From assembly GCA_030668825.1 (NCBI GenBank), contig DAOVET010000002.1, forward strand, positions 2,571 to 66,570: a DNA stretch of 64,000 nt, given 5' to 3'. The translations under genes and the position numbers were made by a program. The notes beneath the pieces are model-generated. The model saw nothing but the letters and a program-made list of their open reading frames with translations. It did no database searches and had not been told where the DNA came from. This stretch comes from Candidatus Heimdallarchaeota archaeon (GTDB taxonomy: Archaea > Asgardarchaeota > Heimdallarchaeia > Heimdallarchaeales > Heimdallarchaeaceae). Below are positions 28,798 through 37,743 of the stretch, in pieces (positions within the stretch are counted from its first letter, which is position 1; each line of letters starts with the position of its first letter).

Positions 28798-30772
28798 TTA
28801 AATATATCACATATAATGTATTTATGGCAATACTACTTATCAAATATAGTAGTATTAACAAGTTCTCTTCGCTAATCTTGTCTTGAAATTCTGTTATTTT
28901 AACACTCATTCTTGTAAACATCTGATTAAACTTTTGTTCTAGGAGTTGATTACCAAATGTTACGTTAATGGGATTAAAATGCTTTTTTAATAATTCTATA
29001 AGAATTAATTGCTTTTGTTTAATTATTAACTGAAAATCTAATGGAAGTTTTTCCGTCCAATCAATTTTCTGAAGATATTTTTTTGAGATATATTTGTGTT
29101 TAATACTGAAAAAAATTGAATCTAGCAAGGTAAGCAGGTCTACTAAAGACAGCTCACTTAATTTCTTATTATCCAAAGATAAGACTTTAAGTACCTCTTC
29201 TAAAGGAGGTTCATCTTCATTTTCTGAATTGATTTCTTCTGTATCTTTTTTTATTCTGACACTCATTTGCTTTAATATTTCTTCTTTTTTTTCAGTCGAA
29301 GAAAAATTTAGAATGTTGTGTAATGTCTCTTGTAGAATATACAGAGAACGCTCAATTTCTGAAAACTTCAATAAAACAGTAAATTCATCCTTTATGTTTT
29401 TTAACTTAACATTTTCTAATAAATAGAAAGTTCTAAGAATAAGTGAGTATCTCTGCTTATTCTTTACTTGAACATATCTGAATATGTTCTTCAAAACTTT
29501 AATACATTTACGAAAATCTCCTTGTAAAAAGTATATCTCAAAAAGCATATCCAATATTTCTGCTATAGCAGAATCTTTGTATTTAACTGCTAAATCCCTT
29601 CCTTGTTCTGCAAATACTGTAGCTTGTTCATACTTCCCTAACTTAAGATATATTTGCGCTTTAGAATGGTAAATTGCGATAAGACTCCGCTTGTCTTTAA
29701 TTTCTGCTCCTATTTCTTCAAGCTCATTCAGTATCTCTAATGCTTCATCTAGTTTATTCTGAATAACTGCTACCTGACTCAGCATCTGTTTTAATTTTCC
29801 ATAATCTGGTAACATCTCAACAAATTTCCCTTGTGTCAGACGATGAATACTATCAATTCCCAGCTTAATTACGTTCCTTGCTTTGATAACTTGTTTTTCT
29901 TTTAACAGCGCTTCAGCAAAGATATCTATAAGGGGAATATGAGCTCTGGTAATCTCAACTGCTTCCTTGTTTTCTAAATATTCAAGATTAGTTATCACTT
30001 GATCAAAATTCTTAAGACTATAATACAATCTTGCTTTGGTATTGAGTACGCTGTGGAATCCTTTCTCATGATTAATTTCCTTGAACACTTCTTCAGCTTT
30101 AATCAGAAATTCGTTGGCAAGTTCCTCGTTAAGTTGATTTGCATATATAGAGCCAAGATTTAGAGAAACTGTAGCTTCTCCTAGTATATCTTTAGTTTGT
30201 TTTCTCAAATTTAGACTTTTGAAATAATAATTAATAGCTTCATCATACTCACCAAGATAGAAATGCAACCCCCCCAAACTAGAATATGTGTGTGCTTGAC
30301 CTTCTTCATTCATGTAAATTTGATCTATAGATAATGCCATCTGAAAGAGTTTCTTACTCTCCTCGAAATTTCCCTGTTCCATGTGGAGATTAGCTAAATT
30401 ATGGTATATTGCAGCTCTAGTATCATCGTTGAGTGAAGACTCATGAAGTTCAAGTAATTCGGAATAAATCTCCATAGCTTGTTTTTTTTCACCTATGCGT
30501 CTTAGAATCTTGGCATATTCTATTTTTGCATCAAATACCTCTTTCTTAGGAAGTTGATGTAATTCTAGTATTTCCATCACTTCTTTAATATTCTCAAAAG
30601 CTTGCTTATTTTCACCTAAGAAATAATATGCCTTTGCTAAAACAAAGTAATAGTTTTTTTTATCTATGTTACTCATTTTTTGATTTAATTCTCTATGAGC
30701 TAACTTGATAATACTGGTGTAATCATGATCTTTAAACATTTTTTGAAGTTCTTCAGCTAAATAGTCAACCAT
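28763..30772 (-). CDS. TPR-repeat protein (669 aa)
   Basis: Repeated 34-residue units with 'AxxYYxLGxxxxAxxxYxxAL' patterns throughout. Confidence 0.7.
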   Translation of the reverse strand: MVDYLAEELQKMFKDHDYTSIIKLAHRELNQKMSNIDKKNYYFVLAKAYYFLGENKQAFENIKEVMEILELHQLPKKEVFDAKIEYAKILRRIGEKKQAMEIYSELLELHESSLNDDTRAAIYHNLANLHMEQGNFEESKKLFQMALSIDQIYMNEEGQAHTYSSLGGLHFYLGEYDEAINYYFKSLNLRKQTKDILGEATVSLNLGSIYANQLNEELANEFLIKAEEVFKEINHEKGFHSVLNTKARLYYSLKNFDQVITNLEYLENKEAVEITRAHIPLIDIFAEALLKEKQVIKARNVIKLGIDSIHRLTQGKFVEMLPDYGKLKQMLSQVAVIQNKLDEALEILNELEEIGAEIKDKRSLIAIYHSKAQIYLKLGKYEQATVFAEQGRDLAVKYKDSAIAEILDMLFEIYFLQGDFRKCIKVLKNIFRYVQVKNKQRYSLILRTFYLLENVKLKNIKDEFTVLLKFSEIERSLYILQETLHNILNFSSTEKKEEILKQMSVRIKKDTEEINSENEDEPPLEEVLKVLSLDNKKLSELSLVDLLTLLDSIFFSIKHKYISKKYLQKIDWTEKLPLDFQLIIKQKQLILIELLKKHFNPINVTFGNQLLEQKFNQMFTRMSVKITEFQDKISEENLLILLYLISSIAINTLYVIYLSDKDEAERKDV

Positions 30773-30806
30773 TTTTCCATCATCAATATATTAGATATGC
30801 AACAAG

Positions 30807-31364
30807 TTAGCTTCTATCTTCTAGCACTATTGTATTAGCTACGAAATCTCCTATTCTTCTACCTTCATCATTACATAAAGGAACAAAAACATCTATTATA
30901 CTAATAAAACATAATGTTCGAACACATGCTTGCCCTGCTGTAATTGGTAAACCTGTATCATAATCAACCACCATTAGTTTCATCATCCCTTTTCCAAAAC
31001 CTTTACCGGTTTCAGGAATAATGTCTCTGAAACACCCTAGAGGTGGACAGAAAGAAGAAATACAATTATCAATAATATAAGCTACAAACCTATCACCATA
31101 ACTAGCTCTTAACTGAGCGTATGCATGCTTGGGAATACCACCACCAGATACTGGCATTGGTTGAGCAGGAGCATATGGTTGTGTTGGTGCATAAGGTTGA
31201 GGTGGAACATATGGAGCTTGTTGAGCAGGTGTCTCATATTGAGGTTTTTGAGCTTTCGGAGATGGAGCTGAATCCTCTACTAATTTTTTTCCGCAATTTA
31301 AACAAAACTTATCTGCTGTAGCAGTAGATGAGCCACAATTTGGGCAGAAATATTTTTTGGACAA
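30807..31364 (-). CDS. zinc-ribbon plus RDD-domain protein with Pro/Gln-rich linker
   Basis: 'CPNCGSSTATADKFCLNCGKKL'. Linker 'PQYETPAQQAPYVPPQPYAPTQPYAPAQP'. C-terminal RDD-like 'GRRIGDFVANTIVLEDR'. Confidence 0.55.
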   Translation of the reverse strand: MSKKYFCPNCGSSTATADKFCLNCGKKLVEDSAPSPKAQKPQYETPAQQAPYVPPQPYAPTQPYAPAQPMPVSGGGIPKHAYAQLRASYGDRFVAYIIDNCISSFCPPLGCFRDIIPETGKGFGKGMMKLMVVDYDTGLPITAGQACVRTLCFISIIDVFVPLCNDEGRRIGDFVANTIVLEDRS

Positions 31365-31465
31365 TTTAAAACACCACTATATTATATTAACTGTCACTCT
31401 CCCAGTATTTAAGTATATTTTAATTAAATGAGAGAAAAAATATCTTAGCCAATTTTGAATCCAAA

Positions 31466-32689
31466 TCATTTTGATTCCTTAATGATTTTAGTATATGCTT
31501 TAAGTAGTTTTTTTCCTACTACAGGATAATCAAAATTTTTAAGAGCGTGTTTTTGTGATTTGAAAGCAACTTCCTGGATTTTCTCTTTATTCTTAATTAT
31601 ACCCAATACCTTGTCAACTAGTGCAACTTCATCATTTGCAGGATATAACCAATCACAATTAGGGGGTATCATCTCATTCATTGGAGGTTTATCAACCGCT
31701 ATCACAGGCAAGCCAGAAGCCATTGCTTCAATAAGTGGAGTACCAAAACTACCTTCTTCAGCAGGATAAAGAAGAACGTCACCTATATGAAACGCTAATA
31801 GGAGCTCTTTATCATCAATGTATCCTGTTATTATAACTGAATCTTCAATCCCAAGATTTACTACATCTTCTTTTATCTTTGATAGAAGGGGACCATCTCC
31901 AACGACCAGAAAAGCAATTTTTGCGTTTCTTTTAAGTATCTCAGGGAAATATTGAACCACTTCATGTTGGGATTTTCTGTTGATATACGGACCCTGCATT
32001 AAAACAATGGATTTTCCTTGATCCAAATCATATTTGTCTCTAAAGGATTCCAAATCCTCCAGTTTTGGAATTTGTGAGAAAGTTTTGCAATTTAGTGAGT
32101 GGGGAATGATGATTACTTTCTCTTTCATACTTTTTGATAACCTTTTAATTTTTTCTAATAAAGAAGCTGATGTTGTTACTATATTATCACAGTATTTCAC
32201 AATTCGTCTAAGAAGTCTAGAATATGGGCGTTTTACCCACATTCTTGATTTGAAATTCCCAATTGTAACTGCTCCATGAACAGAAACAACTAAAGGGATG
32301 TCTATTTGATTCCTTTTCTTAGCTTTAGCAAAATAAAATGCTGCTACTTCAGTTGCATGTATCAGATATATATCCACTTCTGATTTCAGTTCAGTATATA
32401 CATCAAATGCTTGCTTAGAGAAACTTCGGTGATTTTTAGCATAGAAATGTGTTAAGGTGCTATAGGCACCTCTTGCAGAAATTTGTTCTGGAAGATAATA
32501 AAAATGGATGTTTTCTCTATTCAATAATTCATCATTTGAGGACAGTTTTGTTGTGGTTGCAACATAGATTTCTATCCCTTGGTTTGCTAATGAGTGTACT
32601 AATGAATATGCATACCTACGAAGCCCCGCCATAGGTCCAACATAAGGAGGTCCTATCTCTATCGTAGGAATGAAGATAGAGAAAGCCAT
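31466..32689 (-). CDS. glycosyltransferase family 4 (GT-B, GT1/GT4 superfamily)
   Basis: C-terminal 'EGSFGTPLIEAMASGLPVIA' (E-x7-E motif region). Confidence 0.75.
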   Translation of the reverse strand: MAFSIFIPTIEIGPPYVGPMAGLRRYAYSLVHSLANQGIEIYVATTTKLSSNDELLNRENIHFYYLPEQISARGAYSTLTHFYAKNHRSFSKQAFDVYTELKSEVDIYLIHATEVAAFYFAKAKKRNQIDIPLVVSVHGAVTIGNFKSRMWVKRPYSRLLRRIVKYCDNIVTTSASLLEKIKRLSKSMKEKVIIIPHSLNCKTFSQIPKLEDLESFRDKYDLDQGKSIVLMQGPYINRKSQHEVVQYFPEILKRNAKIAFLVVGDGPLLSKIKEDVVNLGIEDSVIITGYIDDKELLLAFHIGDVLLYPAEEGSFGTPLIEAMASGLPVIAVDKPPMNEMIPPNCDWLYPANDEVALVDKVLGIIKNKEKIQEVAFKSQKHALKNFDYPVVGKKLLKAYTKIIKESK

Positions 32690-32792
32690 GTGTAGAAATT
32701 TAAAGTAACTACAAAAGCATTTTGGTGAAATTCTATTTTATATAGAACATTCAATATTTGTCCAACCACAATAATAAAAAAAAGACTATCGC

Positions 32793-33590
32793 TTGTTAGT
32801 ACATATGATAGATATAGAAGATGTAATTTACGACCAAGTTTATGAGAACGGTTTTTCATCAAAATCCTTACTGTTAATAAGAGAAAATCTTAGTCAAATA
32901 TCTGCAGAATTTCTTACTGATCTCTTAGTAGAAAATATCAATGTTCATACGCAATATAGTATATTAATAGAGTTCCTTACAGAGATATGGTCCCAAAATA
33001 CTAACTCCAGTTCAAATTTACTAAATTATATCAGTGGAGTTCTCCATAAACTGTTTTACCTTGCTCGTGAATATCCTTTAGGGAAAGAAATACCTGACTA
33101 TGTTACTAATGAGATTACTGAATTTCATCAAATGCTATGTGATTTTAGATTAGAATGCTTGGAACAGGACGTAACCCTACAAGATGAATCTATTAAAAGA
33201 ATTAATTCATTCAAAGAGCTTTTTGAAATTATAGATCAACAAACAAAATTACCACAAAATATTAACGAAATGTTTCGAATAGGTGCAACATTATTTTATC
33301 TATTTTCTCAAAATGAAAATCAGAAGTTAAGAAATATTGATGAACTTAGTCTCTATCTCTCAAGATGTTTAATCCTTTGGAGATTAGATGCTTTAACTGA
33401 TGAAGAAATTCAAATATGTTTTGAACAAGCAACAGTTAAATTTTCTGAAGAGCTGAATTTAAAGAAGTTTGAAAATATCTTGGCGTTAGAAATACAAAAT
33501 TATCAATTCTTACAATATGGAATCAGCCATGGGATGATTAAAAATACTGCAAGGACATTCTTTGAAATTTATTCAATTAAAAAAGCTTGA
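32793..33590 (+). CDS. hypothetical protein (265 aa, predicted helical)
   Basis: ORF only. Confidence 0.35.
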   Translation: MLVHMIDIEDVIYDQVYENGFSSKSLLLIRENLSQISAEFLTDLLVENINVHTQYSILIEFLTEIWSQNTNSSSNLLNYISGVLHKLFYLAREYPLGKEIPDYVTNEITEFHQMLCDFRLECLEQDVTLQDESIKRINSFKELFEIIDQQTKLPQNINEMFRIGATLFYLFSQNENQKLRNIDELSLYLSRCLILWRLDALTDEEIQICFEQATVKFSEELNLKKFENILALEIQNYQFLQYGISHGMIKNTARTFFEIYSIKKA

Positions 33591-33599
33591 AATATCAAT

Positions 33600-34037
33600 T
33601 CAAGCAGTTTTTCTACTATTTACATATGATTTTAGTTCTTCTGAAATTCTTGAAGCTTTTTTAAACTCTGGTGCTAAGTAATTCAACAAATCTCGGGGAA
33701 TTTCTTTTCTACTAAATATGTTCAGCAGGATTTCATCCAAAACGTCTGTTTGAAGATCTGGATTTTTTAACATTTCCTTGACAGTTGTTATTTTCATACT
33801 TGAGGGCAAGTTATCTTCTAACATTGTAATAGACGACCATGCCTTGAGTGTAGAATAGACTGACATATCTGGGGTAACAACATCCAATGCCATTCTAAAA
33901 CGCCATTTCTTGACTTCTATAGGTGAATTATCAGTAGCTATAGCCCTACCAAGTTTCATAGCATTATCTTGACTTGGTTTTTGACTATACTTCTCAATTA
34001 AATCTCTTATCTTACCCGTTGTGACCTCTTTGCTCAA
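33600..34037 (-). CDS. hypothetical protein (145 aa)
   Basis: ORF only. Confidence 0.35.
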   Translation of the reverse strand: MSKEVTTGKIRDLIEKYSQKPSQDNAMKLGRAIATDNSPIEVKKWRFRMALDVVTPDMSVYSTLKAWSSITMLEDNLPSSMKITTVKEMLKNPDLQTDVLDEILLNIFSRKEIPRDLLNYLAPEFKKASRISEELKSYVNSRKTA

Positions 34038-34348
34038 TTATATCCCCATCTTTTACTTATTAGAATCTAGTACTGGGGAATATATATATCTTGCTCTTTA
34101 AAGTTCCGTAACTGTTAGTTTCGAGAAAAACAGAAGTTGCCACCTTCTCATAATACACCTTATGTTAGAGATGACTTTGTGAAAAAGGTAGTCTAAGTAT
34201 AGCTAGGATAACCTTGTGGCAAGGTTTTATGCGTTTTATGAGAAAATTATCATTCTAGATAGTTTGCCAGCGCTTGAAAGAACCAAAATTGTGATTTTTG
34301 GAGAAAGATGAAAAAGTGTAAGACTTAATGTGTCCTACCTTACTCTTC

Positions 34349-35551
34349 TCACGATTTAAATAGGTTATAGAAGGCCAACATGGAATAGATAGCTGTTCCT
34401 TTCCACAAAATATCTTCATCGACATCGAATTTAGGATGGTGGTGAGGATGAATTATTCCTTTCTCTTCATTATACAAACCAAGAGCGATGAAGGCACCTT
34501 TAGTTTCATTAAGATAGAAAGCAAAATCTTCTCCGCCCATAGTTAGCTCAACTTCCTGAACTTCATCAAGTTGTCTTAGAATCTCAATAACATCATCAAC
34601 ACTTTCGTCATTATTGATTGTTGGTGGATAATAAATTCCACCTATTTCAAATTCTACAGTTCCTTCACATCTCCAAGCCTGACTATAACCTTCAACTATT
34701 TCTCGTATTCTTTTCAATATGTGTTCTCTTACATCATTACTAAAAGTTCGGAAGGTTCCTTCTAATTTTGCGGAAGAGGGAATAATATTGTGAGCATCGC
34801 TACCTTCTAACATTGGTATTGAAATAACGGCTTTTTCCAGAGGATCAATCTCTCGACTAACTATCTTTTGTATTGCATTATAGATATCAACAAGTACTGC
34901 CGTTGGATCAAAGGTTTGATGAGGAGATGCTGCATGACCGCCTTTTCCCTTTATCTCAATTATGAATTGATCAGAAGAGGCGAGGAATGGTCCTTTTCTG
35001 GTAGCTATGATGCCACTTTGTTCTTCTCTCCATACATGAATACCAAATATCTGATCTATATCTGCAATATGTCCTTCATCAACTATTTTTTTTGCTCCTC
35101 CACCTCCTTCCTCTGCGGGCTGGAAAATCAATTTAATTTTACCAGTTAGTTTGTCTCTATGTTTGTAGATAATATGAGCTGCTCCAAGTAACATGGCAGT
35201 GTGGGCATCGTGACCACATGCATGCATCTTTCCAGGAATTTTGCTACAATAAGGTTTATCGTTATCCTCTGTTACATTAAGTGCATCAATATCAGCTCTT
35301 AATGCAATAACCCTTCCCTCTTTTCCTGAATCAAATGTAGCTATTATACCCGTTTTGGCCGTTTTTTGAATATCGTACCCTATCTTCACCAGTTCCTGCT
35401 CAATAAGAGCAGAAGTTTTTTCTTCTTCATATCCTATTTCTGGATACATGTGAAAATGTCTTCGTTTTTCAATTACATAAGCTTCCTTTTCTTTAGCTTC
35501 ATCAATAAGAAGCTGTTTAAATTCATGAATATCCATAGGATTTCTCTTCAT
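34349..35551 (-). CDS. M20D-family amidohydrolase (aminoacylase/hippurate hydrolase-like)
   Basis: 'MHACGHDAHTAMLLGAA' metal-binding motif. Size is 400 aa. Confidence 0.75.
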   Translation of the reverse strand: MKRNPMDIHEFKQLLIDEAKEKEAYVIEKRRHFHMYPEIGYEEEKTSALIEQELVKIGYDIQKTAKTGIIATFDSGKEGRVIALRADIDALNVTEDNDKPYCSKIPGKMHACGHDAHTAMLLGAAHIIYKHRDKLTGKIKLIFQPAEEGGGGAKKIVDEGHIADIDQIFGIHVWREEQSGIIATRKGPFLASSDQFIIEIKGKGGHAASPHQTFDPTAVLVDIYNAIQKIVSREIDPLEKAVISIPMLEGSDAHNIIPSSAKLEGTFRTFSNDVREHILKRIREIVEGYSQAWRCEGTVEFEIGGIYYPPTINNDESVDDVIEILRQLDEVQEVELTMGGEDFAFYLNETKGAFIALGLYNEEKGIIHPHHHPKFDVDEDILWKGTAIYSMLAFYNLFKS

Positions 35552-35741
35552 CCTTGTTATTTTTATCTTTCTGTTTATCTATGGTTCTTTTCTGTTTCCA
35601 AAAAAGTGTAAATGTATTTTCGAATATGTGTTGGATAGTGTGGATAAAGATTTAAGAAAAACGTTTTCAGTGCCCAAATATTGTAAAACCACCGAAATGA
35701 GCAAAAACTTTGAGGTTCATCTTCAAGGAGGAAAAAAAAGA

Positions 35742-37043
35742 ATGAACGATAATGAATATGACGTTATTGTAGTTGGAGCTGGCTGTGCTGGACCAGCAGC
35801 AGCAAAGAAAGCTGCAGAACTTGGTTTGAAGGTTCTAATACTTGAGAAATCGCAAGTTCCAGGCGATAAAAATGTTTCAGGAACTTGTCTAAACGGTGCT
35901 GCTCTTCTTGAACCAGATCTAAACTACATCGTGGAATGTCCCGTAGAAAGAACGATTAAAGAAATGAGAACTTATCACATCAATAGTGATAGAACAACAG
36001 TTTTTCATGAAATACCATCAAAAGGAATTCTTCTTCTTTCAGTAAGAAGAGATCATCTTGATCCTTGGCATACAAAAGAAGCCAGAAAAGCTGGAGCTGA
36101 AGTTAAATTATCCACAACTGTTATCGATATTATTGAAGAAGATGATTACATTAAAGGAGTTGTAACAGACTCTGGAGAAAAATTCTATGGTAAAGTAATC
36201 ATTGATGCAGCTGGTGTCAATTCAATTGTTGGTCGTAAAGCAGGTTTAATTCCTAAACGAAAAGGTCAGAACATGATTCTCTATGTTACTGTTGCTGTTA
36301 AATTGGGAGAAGAAGTGATTAATGAGAGATTTGGTGATTGCATCGAATACTATCTATCTCCAGGAATTCAATATAAAACATGGCCATGGATCTTTCCAAA
36401 GAAAGATACAGTTACACTTGGCACTGGAGGATATATGGATGAAAATCTGATTAATGATGAATTTCCAAATGTAAATCAATATATGGAGAATTTCTTGAAT
36501 CTTCCAGTAGTCAAGAAGAAACTTGAAGGAGGAGAAATTGCTTCATGGGGATTGCACTTAGAGTACGATGAAGCAATTGAAAGAAGAGTAAGAAATGGAT
36601 TGATTTTGACTGGAGAGGCAGGAGGTTTTGTAATTCCATTCCTAGGAGAAGGAATGCCTGAAGCATTCTTTACAGGGATTTATGCAGCTAAAGCAGCAGC
36701 TGAAGCAATAGAAGCTGGAGACTATTCAGAAACAAAACTCTCTGAACGATATGAAGAACTGATAGGCGAGAATTTCTTTATGCAAGCATTTAGACATATT
36801 GCAGCTGTTAACAAAGAATCCATTCTCAGTAAAACAGATGAAGAAGTTACCCAGATGATGCAGCAAGTGATTATGGGAGGAGGATTCATCTCTAATGCAA
36901 TACACTCTAAATGGTTAAAAGGTGTTGAAGAGGAGAATTTTGAATTAATCCAAGAAGCATATGATTTCCTAGAATTAATCCAACCCTATGCTGTAGTTGA
37001 TCCGGATTTTGAGAGATTATACAATGAGAGGAAGAGCAAATGA
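35742..37043 (+). CDS. fixC: FAD-dependent oxidoreductase of the FixC/ETF-QO (geranylgeranyl-reductase-like) family
   Basis: 'YDVIVVGAGCAGPAAAKKAAELGLKVLILEK' Rossmann FAD motif. GGAGG RBS at 35726-35730. It is followed by an overlapping FixX-like ferredoxin. The track ORF starts earlier, at 35628. Confidence 0.55.
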   Translation: MNDNEYDVIVVGAGCAGPAAAKKAAELGLKVLILEKSQVPGDKNVSGTCLNGAALLEPDLNYIVECPVERTIKEMRTYHINSDRTTVFHEIPSKGILLLSVRRDHLDPWHTKEARKAGAEVKLSTTVIDIIEEDDYIKGVVTDSGEKFYGKVIIDAAGVNSIVGRKAGLIPKRKGQNMILYVTVAVKLGEEVINERFGDCIEYYLSPGIQYKTWPWIFPKKDTVTLGTGGYMDENLINDEFPNVNQYMENFLNLPVVKKKLEGGEIASWGLHLEYDEAIERRVRNGLILTGEAGGFVIPFLGEGMPEAFFTGIYAAKAAAEAIEAGDYSETKLSERYEELIGENFFMQAFRHIAAVNKESILSKTDEEVTQMMQQVIMGGGFISNAIHSKWLKGVEEENFELIQEAYDFLELIQPYAVVDPDFERLYNERKSK

Positions 37044-37300
37044 AAGTTGAGATGAAAGTAGAATATTATCCAGGAGAAACTGGAGAGTTCATTAAGGTAA
37101 TTGAAGACAATTGTGTAGGCTGTGGAGAATGTGCAAAATTCTGTACAAGAGATGTTTGGCAACCAGATGGTGCAATCTATCGACCAGTAAATCTCAAACA
37201 ATGTGTAGAGTGTGGTGCTTGTTGGAATGTCTGCGAATATGAAGCTGTTGACTTCAGCGAACCTAAAGGTGGAACTGGAGTTCGATTTAGTTATGGGTGA
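37040..37300 (+). CDS. fixX: ferredoxin-like protein FixX
   Basis: Two Cys clusters 'CVGCGECAKFC' and 'CVECGACWNVCE'. C-terminal 'KGGTGVRFSYG' resembles FixX ends. ATGA overlap with fixC. Confidence 0.6.
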   Translation: MKVEMKVEYYPGETGEFIKVIEDNCVGCGECAKFCTRDVWQPDGAIYRPVNLKQCVECGACWNVCEYEAVDFSEPKGGTGVRFSYG

Positions 37301-37647
37301 GAATTATGGCTGAAATGGACGAAGTAATGGAGATTCTTGAAGCACAAAAAGCTAAATATACTAATCAAAAAGTAGCTAAATTTTTCAAAACATGGTCTAA
37401 GAAACTCCAATATCACTTTACAGATATCGATGAGTATTATATAATTGAGTTGGTGAAAGGAGAACCTAAACCTATAGTGAAAGAGAAACTAGAAAATCCG
37501 GATATTATGTATTCAATGAGCACTGATACTTTTGTTGAAATGAATACTGGGCAACTTTCTGGATTTAAAGCTTATCAGCGAAAGTTACTAAAAATTAAAG
37601 CTACAATGCCTGAAATTATGAAACTTCAAAAATTAGATAAGCTTTAG
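37297..37647 (+). CDS. SCP2 (sterol carrier protein 2)-like lipid-binding protein
   Basis: C-terminal 'FVEMNTGQLSGFKAYQRKLLKIKATMPEIMKLQKL' fits the SCP2 pattern (fm.GKlKikGnm..a.kL). ATGA overlap with fixX. Confidence 0.5.
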   Translation: MRIMAEMDEVMEILEAQKAKYTNQKVAKFFKTWSKKLQYHFTDIDEYYIIELVKGEPKPIVKEKLENPDIMYSMSTDTFVEMNTGQLSGFKAYQRKLLKIKATMPEIMKLQKLDKL

Positions 37648-37743
37648 TTATTCTTTTTTTCTTTATTCCTTCTATTGCATTTGGTTAGTTTTTGGCTTAT
37701 AATAAGTCTTAATAATTCCAGAAGGAAAATCAAGTTGAAAAGA

